From: Octopus vulgaris
Lineage: Eukaryota
Assembly (NCBI GenBank): GCA_951406725.2
Contig: OX597820.1
Coordinates: 62,682,001 to 62,746,000, forward strand
Length of the DNA stretch: 64,000 bases
Reading direction: 5' to 3'
In this document: positions 56,250 to 64,000 of the stretch, piece by piece
Layout: every line of letters begins with the position of its first letter
How positions within the stretch are numbered: position 1 is the first letter of the stretch
Made by a program: the position numbers and the translations under genes
Notes under the pieces: generated by a model
What the model saw: only the letters and a program-made list of their open reading frames with translations
What the model was told of the DNA's origin: nothing
Database searches by the model: none

Positions 56250-56409
56250 TAATAACAACGTGGATGATGTTAGTATATAGGCACCAGCGCGGCTCAATCA
56301 TCGCAACAGCAGCATTCTACGAATGCACCGCGTCTATTGTGCTCGTCTAGCACGTGCTAATTAAAATTATGTCCTTATATGGATTGATACTTCCATAGAG
56401 TTGATGGGA

Positions 56410-57314
56410 GACTTTCTTTCCTTTTCAAGTTACTTGTTACTTTCTGTCTTTCGTTTTCGTTCCTAGTTTCAATCCTCCCACACCCCGCTTCGTTTTCATT
56501 CATTTTCTTTCTTTCTTTTGTTCTGTATTATTTCCTTCCATCTGTCGTTAGTTTCTAGTTTTCGTTTTTTTTTTTCTTTCAGTCCGTCCATCTTTCTGGT
56601 ATTTTTTTTTTTTGTTTTCGCTTTTTAATTATTCTTTCATTTTATTTCCTTCATTCATTCTTGCTTTCCTTCATTTTTTTCGTCTCTTCCATCTACAAAT
56701 CATAATCCCTTTCATTCTTCATTTAGTTCTGAGTTCCTTTCTTTCATTTAAAAAAAAAACATTCTATTCTTTATTCTTTCTACTTTTTCCTTCTTTGTTT
56801 TATTTAGTCATTCATTCACTGATTCACTCCTTCGATCTTTATTTCTTTTATTCTCTTTTCCTTCTTTGTTTCATTTAGGCTTTCATTCACTGATCCATTC
56901 CTTCGATCTTTATTACTTTTATTCTCTTTTCCCTCTTTGTTTTATCTCTCTCTTTCTGTACTTTGTTCTTTCGTTCTTACATTATTTCTTTCATTCTTTC
57001 TCTGTTTTGTACATTCCCTCGTTTTTCCTTCATTTTGCGACTCTTTGCATTAGTCATTTGGCTTCTCATCCTTTCTCTCATATTCAATTTTTTTTCTTTT
57101 CCTACACTTCTTTTATTATTTCGTTCTGTTGTCCATTCTTGCATTCTTTCATTATATCTCTCATTTTTCTTTCATTCTTTCTTTCCCTCTTTTCTCTTCT
57201 TCAGTTCGATTATTCTTTCTGCCTTCTCCCACCTCTCCCTCTCTCCACCTTTCACTTCTACTCTATTTCTCTCTTCATTTCGCCATCACTCTCTATCTTT
57301 CGTACTATCACTCC

Positions 57315-57356
<42 letters not shown>

Positions 57357-57660
57357 TCCTTTCTGCTTCCATACCTTTCATTCACTCCCTTATTTGCTTT
57401 CAATCTTTCTTTTCTTTTTGCTCTGTCAGTCAGTTTCTCACTTACTCCCTCTCTCTTTCCCTCCCTTCCTCTCTCTTACCCTCCCTTCCTCCCTCTTTCC
57501 CTCCTTTCACTCTTTCCCTCCCCTCTCTCTTTCCCTCCCCTCTCTCTTTCCCTCTCTCTCTTTTCTCTCCCTCTCTCTTTCCCCCTCTCTCTTTCCCTCC
57601 TTCCCCTTCTCTTTCCCCCTCTCTCTTTTCCTCCCCCTCTCTCTCTCCATATTATTCCTT
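56410..57660 (+). repeat. About 1.2-kb polypyrimidine low-complexity tract with an internal ~80-bp tandem duplication
   Basis: C/T-rich; TTCATTCACTGAT.CA.TCCTTCGATCTTTATT occurs twice within 56810-56915. Confidence 0.85.
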
Positions 57661-57954
57661 CAGTATTTGGTATTATTCATGCTTTTGTTTACGTTCTGCC
57701 ATGTTATAAGCATTGGCTCCAGCTACCTTAAAGGTCAGCTCATATAAACACACAGCCACAATGGAGACAGAGACTATAAAAAGAGGGAGGGAGAAAGAAT
57801 GACAGAAGTAAATAGACAGAGAGAGGGGGGCAGAAAGAGAAAGAGTAGTAGAAGACAAAGAGGGCGGGGAGATATGGGACAGGGAGAGGAAGAGAGTTGA
57901 ATCACAATGGTGTAAAAGTAACATGCCACAGCCACAGCACAACCACCATCATAT

Positions 57955-57955
57955 T

Positions 57956-58015
<60 letters not shown>

Positions 58016-58088
58016 TACTGCTGCTGCTGCTGCCACCGCCAATTCTGCTGCTGCTACTACTACTAATAGTACTACTGCCGTGCTGGTG

Positions 58089-58173
<85 letters not shown>

Positions 58174-58228
58174 CACCGCCACTTCTGCTGCTGTTACTAC
58201 TACTAATAGTACTACTGCCGTGCTGGTG

Positions 58229-58279
<51 letters not shown>

Positions 58280-58354
58280 TTACTGCTGCTGCTGCCGTTG
58301 CTTCTACAGGTGATGCTACAGCAAATATCTATCTTCACTCTGTCTGTCTGCCTG

Positions 58355-58400
<46 letters not shown>
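57955..58400. repeat. Compound (CTA)/(CTG) microsatellite with a higher-order duplication, then (TATC)n
   Basis: Unit GCCACCGCCA.TTCTGCTGCTG.TACTACTACTAATAGTACTACTGCCGTGCTGGTG occurs at about 58032 and 58172. Confidence 0.9.
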
Positions 58401-58417
<17 letters not shown>

Positions 58418-58762
58418 GCATGTGTGTGTGCCTGTCTGTGTGTGTGTGCCCGCGTGCGTGTGTGTGTGTGCCTCAACATACACCGACCTACCTATAACTA
58501 TTAGATGCGTGTGACTAGGTGAGATAAAGGAAGTTATGGCTTTATACACAACTACCAGTAGATTGTCAAAATATATTTATTAAAAATTGAAACATCACAA
58601 CTTACTCCCGTGATTTTAAATTTGACTGATTATTAAACTTAAAAAAATTGTGAACAACGGAACTTTGGTATATTAAAAACCACAACGTAAAATATAATTT
58701 CTATGTGTGTTCTGTGCCGTATGTGTGTGTGTTTGTGTGTTTATGTCATGTGTGTGCGTGTG

Positions 58763-59128
58763 CTGGTAAGAAACTTGCTTCTCAACTACATGGTTCTAGG
58801 TTCAGTCCCACTGCGTGGCACCTTGAGCAGTTGCTTTGCACTATAACTTCGGGCTCATAATAGCTTTGTGAGTGGATTCGGTAGACGGAAACTGAAATAA
58901 ACCAGAGGTGTATATATTTATATGTGTTTGTGGCTGTGTTTATACCGTACATCACTAATTGACAAATATTTCTGTTTAGTTTACGGCAGCATGACGTAGC
59001 TGTTCATCAAAAGAGACCCATAAAGTAAGTAACAGATATCGATTTGTTTGCCTAATACTCTTCGAGGCACTGCTCCAGCATGGTGATTGTCAAATGACTG
59101 AAACAAATAGAAATAGAAGAATAAAAGA

Positions 59129-59130
<2 letters not shown>
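58763..59130 (+). mobile_element. SINE family 2 (older copy)
   Basis: GGTTCAGTCCCACTGCGTGGCACCTTG..GTGCTCCAGCATGG-like 3' end. Confidence 0.8.
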
Positions 59131-59207
<77 letters not shown>

Positions 59208-59208
<1 letters not shown>

Positions 59209-59600
59209 GGTGCAGGAGTAGCTGTGTAGTAAGTAGCTTGCTTACCAACCACATGGTTCCGGGTTCCGTCCCACTGCGTGGCACCTCGGACCAACCAAAG
59301 CCTTGGGAGTGGATTTGGTAGACGGAAACTGAAATAAGCCCGTCGTATATATGTATATATATATATATATGTGCGTGTATGTTTGTGTGTCTGTGTTTGT
59401 CCCCCTAGCATTGCTTGACAACCGATGCTGGTGTGTTTATGTCCCCGTAACTTAGCGGTTCGGCAAAAGAGACCGATAGAATAAGTACTGGGCTTACAAA
59501 GAACAAGTCCCGGGGTCGAGTTGCTCGATTAAAGGCGGTGCTCCAGCATGGCCGCAGTCAAATGACTGAAACAAATAAAAGAGAAAAAAAAGAGAGTAAA
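59208..59600 (+). mobile_element. SINE family 2 (younger copy, ~30-bp internal deletion)
   Basis: High similarity to 12249-12655. Confidence 0.9.
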
Positions 59601-60116
59601 AGAAAGTATGTATATATATATGTGTGTGTTTGTGTATACCTATACATATGTATATGTTTGTGTAAACAAATAACAGCAGTAGTTCGCTACAGCTGTTTCA
59701 AACGTGTTTCATTTATTGTCTTTGAAATGTTCAAATGTTTAATTCTTACCTGTATTCACCTGATGAAAACGGGTTTTCTTCCGTTTTTGCATCATGAAGC
59801 ATTTTAGTTCATAAATATAAAAAAAAAGCTGTCTGAAACGGATGTGGTGAACCACAATCTATCTGTTGTTATTTGCTTATTTTTCACCTAACTCGGAGCA
59901 TGTAATTCGTTGGTTATAGAATCTATGGACGGCGGTGCAATAAGTGAAATGGGTGTATTCACGCGTGACGTTCGTGCTTCGTTCTGTATTGAATCAGCCA
60001 TGTTTGAATGTATGCGCTACCGGAGTACAAATCCGTGTTTACTTTAGCAAGTACGTATTCATCCTTAAATATTGTTTGTACACGATAGTACCTGATTCTC
60101 TTGAATGCAGGAAATG

Positions 60117-60184
<68 letters not shown>

Positions 60185-60185
60185 G

Positions 60186-60219
<34 letters not shown>

Positions 60220-60498
60220 AATATTCTATGTATATTCTGTTACATTTATAAATGACATTTATGAAAGCATAAGTGTCCTAGTAGTTGGTGATAGCGCCTG
60301 TTCGCCCTTCTTAAGGGATACTTAGTACAGTATGACTTGGGATTATGGTTCAATCAAAGCCATTAGGAATTATATACGTTCGATTTTCTTTTTTCTTTTT
60401 TTCTGTGTTTCCTACTCTTTTAACGGCGGAGAATGAGAATGAAGAGATAGAGGTGGTGAAATGAAAGCCTCGGAAACATTTAAAATTATATATATGTG

Positions 60499-60587
<89 letters not shown>

Positions 60588-60590
<3 letters not shown>

Positions 60591-60945
60591 AAAGTAAAGG
60601 CATTTGAAAGATACATTCGAATGTAATAGGTTGAACTCCACGCACATGATACTCCGGTATCGTTTTTGCATCTAGTTTAGCAAATTGCATTTATATCGGC
60701 CATGCTGACGAAGGCTACAGGTATCCTTACGGATAATAATAGCCGAAACTGAATCAGTACATGGATAAGTATCTTTTGTGGACAATGGCGATTTGACGTC
60801 TATATCTAGCATGTTGACTGTCCACTTTTCGTGTTCAGTCCTTAATTGGTATATATAAATATTTAATCTTCGGATTCTTTTTTTAATATGCTAGACCACT
60901 GGTTTTAATTGATAAATATTGATTTCTACCCTTAATTAATTTTAT
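60588..60945 (+). mobile_element. Element related to family B, carrying the hammerhead and bounded by (TA)n
   Basis: 60780-60945 aligns with the reverse complement of 27396-27560 (TAGCAT..TGTCCAC..TTTTAATATGCTAGACCACTGGTT..ACCCTTA). Confidence 0.7.
60694..60767 (+). ncRNA. Type I hammerhead ribozyme, near-canonical core
   Basis: Stem I CCATG/CATGG; core CTGACGA (60705-60711) plus one extra A; stem II GGCTA/TAGCC enclosing TATCC-TTAC-GGATA; GAA; stem III ACTG-AAT-CAGT; predicted cleavage after GTA at 60759. Confidence 0.85.
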
Positions 60946-61004
60946 ATATATATATAAATATATATGAGAAAATTATTTATAAGTACATATCAGGAAATTA
61001 TATA

Positions 61005-61225
61005 TTCTTTTATTCTTTTACTTTTTCCTGTCATTTTGACAGCGACCATGTGGGACTTATTATTTTTAAGCCTAGTTCTTATTTTATCGGTTTCTTTTGC
61101 CGAACAGTAAGTTGCAGGTACGCAAAAGCACCAGCATCGTTTCTGAACCTATGTTGGGGAGAACAAACACAGACACACAAGCGTATACACATACACACAC
61201 ACACATACATATATACATACATACA

Positions 61226-61272
<47 letters not shown>

Positions 61273-61425
61273 GACAGGCCTCTTTCAGTTTCCGTCTACC
61301 AAATCCACTGACAAGGCTTTGGTCGGCCCGAGGCTACAGTAGAAGACACTTGCCCAAGTTGCCACGCAGTGGGACTGAACTCGGAACCATGTGGTTGGGA
61401 AGCAAACTACTTACCACACAGCCAC
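61005..61425 (-). mobile_element. SINE family 2
   Basis: TTTCAGTTTCCGTCTACCAAATCCACT..GCCACGCAGTGGGACTGAAC..CTTACCACACAGCCAC. Confidence 0.9.
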
Positions 61426-62996
61426 ACATATAAGAAAATTATAAATATATACAATAAAATGGAATGGGATAGGAAAAACGGTTACATTACGAACCTTACA
61501 CCTGTTTCTGCTATAATCTGCAGTGGACTCATAGTTGAATACATGAATAACACCCTGTAGCTTCATCGGAGCTTCGAATATGAAATGCATTCTATTTGCA
61601 AAAATGTGAAGAATACCAACACATGCAAATATCAACAAATGTGAATACCAACGCCTTAGCTTAGAAATTTAAACTCCTGTATTTGTTTTGTCTTCCCTCA
61701 AAACTGCTAGTAATTTTCTTTTTTCTTGTTTTACTATATGCGAAACTGATTATGGATTTCCTTTTATTTGATTAAAATTGTCAAAGCTTTCAAGCTGTGA
61801 GAAGATATAACCAAAAATACTTGCGGTGTATTTAAGCAATTTCAGTGTTTATATTTCAAACGAGCCGTACGTTGCTACTAGCTTCAGAAATGCTACTATT
61901 CAACCCTGTGTCGCTGTTGGCATTTCTGAAATTATTTTGGCAGCGTACATCTCTATCAGATGTTTTATGTATGGAAAGGTTGATTCTTAAATTTCAGTAA
62001 AATGAATGAGTTTACATTTAATAACCAGTTGAGACACTCCGCTAAAATGTTTTAGGGCTTACTTCTAGTCCTAGTTGTATTTTACATTTTACATTTTTTT
62101 CTTCTTGTATAAAACCTATGAATTTACTCTCAGGTCACATTAATGGATGTTGAAGTGAAAACTTTCACCTCATACTGTGTTTCTAGTTCTCATTGGATTC
62201 AATGAGCCATGCATTTCGGCTTGTTTCTCTCAATCTACTGTTAGTTTCTATTTAATTATAAATAGATCCAGACGTTCTTTATGAAATGTCTTATATTTAA
62301 GCCGCGACTAAATATTAAGTCGGCAAGAGCTTGAGTCTATTTTTCTTTTAAATATAACTAATTATATAAGTACACCTCAAAATATAGAAAAAACAAAGAG
62401 TGTTTCAGATGTGTTGCTTGATATACATCAATAGGTATGTATACAACACTCTATACATATTATATACGTCTGCATACTTACATATGTATGTGCAAACATA
62501 TATATATATATACGCACAAATATAAACATACATATATATACACACAAATATACAGTTAAATCATGCGTTTAATAATTTTTCTATCGTCTTGTCTTAACAG
62601 TTCTCACTGTTTGTTTTTACAGCATTGTTTTCACTGTCCTGTTCTTCTTACTACTTTCACCCCACGCAAAAATTCCCAATTTGATTTGCTTTGCGGGAAG
62701 GACTGCTTCAACGAAGTCGCGTATTGTCCTTGCCTTCCTACCGCGGAGCAGATGAAACGAGAACAACTGATGAAGGGGAATATTCTTTATGTTGCATGTC
62801 TCGTTTCTCTGTTTCTCCTTTATTTTGCAGGGTTCCTAAAACATATTTATATTAATTCTTCATAATTTGCTGGTAGTTTGTAAGCATAAATTTGAGAATA
62901 TGAAAATAATATTTGTATATGGTGTATTGTAAAGTTGTGGAAAGAAATCCCATAAAACTCAAAAATTTAGTTTAAAATAGAGAAGAGAAGCAAGAT

Positions 62997-63290
62997 TGGC
63001 TGTGTGCTTTACCAACGACATGGTTCCAGGATCAGTCTCACACACATGTGTGTGTGTGCGTGTATGTGTGTGTGTATGTTTCTGTGTCTGTATTTGTCCC
63101 CTCCACCACCATCGCTTGACAACAGATGCTGGTTTGTTTACGTTCACGTAACTTAGCGGTTCAGCAAAATACACCGATAGAATAAGTACCAGGCTTACAA
63201 CGATTAATTTCTGTGATCGAGTTGTTCGACTAAAGGCGGTGCTCCAGCATGGCCGTAGTCAGATGACTGAAACAAACAAATGAATAAAAG
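62997..63290 (+). mobile_element. SINE family 2, internally deleted
   Basis: Head joined directly to the (TG) tract; intact 3' end GGCGGTGCTCCAGCATGGCC. Confidence 0.85.
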
Positions 63291-63795
63291 AATAAGATGT
63301 TAAAATATGTAAGAGGATGTTAATTTATGCAGGCGATCGTTTCGTACAGAGATATAAAATCATGCAAATTCATGGTTGTATTCAAGTAAATTAAATTAAT
63401 TAAATTAATTATATATTAATGTGCTCTTCAGTACAAGAAGTATAAACAATATTTTTACAAAGAACTTGAGAAAGAAAACAGCAGAATATAATCTAGGAGA
63501 TTCACATAACCATTATAGCGTTTAGTCCATTTTAGTACATAACTGGACTCACATCTTTTCTTTTTACTCATAAGAATAAATATGAATGACCTTGATTCTA
63601 TTCTGCTGTTTCCTTTCTCAAGTTCTTTGTAAGAATTTTGTTTATACTTCTTGCACTGAAATACTGATATATACTTAATTTGATTGATTTAAATTACATC
63701 AATTCAACCATGAATTTGCATGATTTTTATGTCTCTGTACGAAACGATCGGCTGCAGGAATTCAAATTCTCTTATATATTTTAACATCTTCTCTT
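63288..63795. mobile_element. Inverted repeat with ~220-bp arms, each holding an extended-stem-II hammerhead motif (family C)
   Basis: Arms 63288-63508 and 63581-63795; left(-) TGTA CTGAAGA GCAC..GTAC GAA ACGATCG CC TGCA; right(+) TGCA CTGAAATAC..GTAC GAA ACGATCG GC TGCA. Confidence 0.8.
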
Positions 63796-63838
63796 CTCCA
63801 TTTTTAACTAACTTGTGAATCCATAAATTCACATCATA

Positions 63839-63887
<49 letters not shown>

Positions 63888-64000
63888 CGGGAAGCTTTAT
63901 GAAAATAAACAAAAGACGAAGGCAGGTGGAATACAAACAAACAATTGTATTAGCATGGCGCTCAGGAATATAAATAAAACAAGTCTTTTACGTTTCGAGC
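63888..64000 (-). mobile_element. HHR-variant family A, cut by window edge
   Basis: GTCTTTTACGTTTCGAGC reverse-complements to GCTC GAAAC GTA AAAG; flank homologous to 23556-23660. Confidence 0.75.

Noticed and set aside
56866-57747. 293-aa F/L/S-rich ORF resembling a membrane protein
   Set aside because: Polypyrimidine tract open in all three frames.

Overview
AT-rich, microsatellite-saturated eukaryotic DNA with no convincing host protein-coding exon; it is probably intergenic or deep intronic. The repeat content resembles a cephalopod (Octopus-like) genome, but that is inferred from recalled repeat families. Nearly all ORFs in the track are translations of simple repeats. Recognisable content: several tRNA-derived SINE families; decayed Tc1/mariner-superfamily transposons (mariner, Tc1, rosa-like, maT-like); a CR1-group LINE relic; RTE-like and R4/Dong-like 3' ends; and a Ty3/Gypsy relic with PPT and one 3' LTR. 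The main unexplained signal is a dense set of short non-coding elements carrying hammerhead-ribozyme (HHR) cores. These include one near-canonical type I HHR at 60700-60764 and about 11 minimal, variant or decayed ones in at least four families. Several occur as inverted pairs, most end in (TA)n tracts, and one has a Pol III tRNA-like head. The pattern fits non-autonomous, Penelope-mobilised ribozyme-bearing retroelements. All structures were folded by eye and coordinates are approximate to a few bases.
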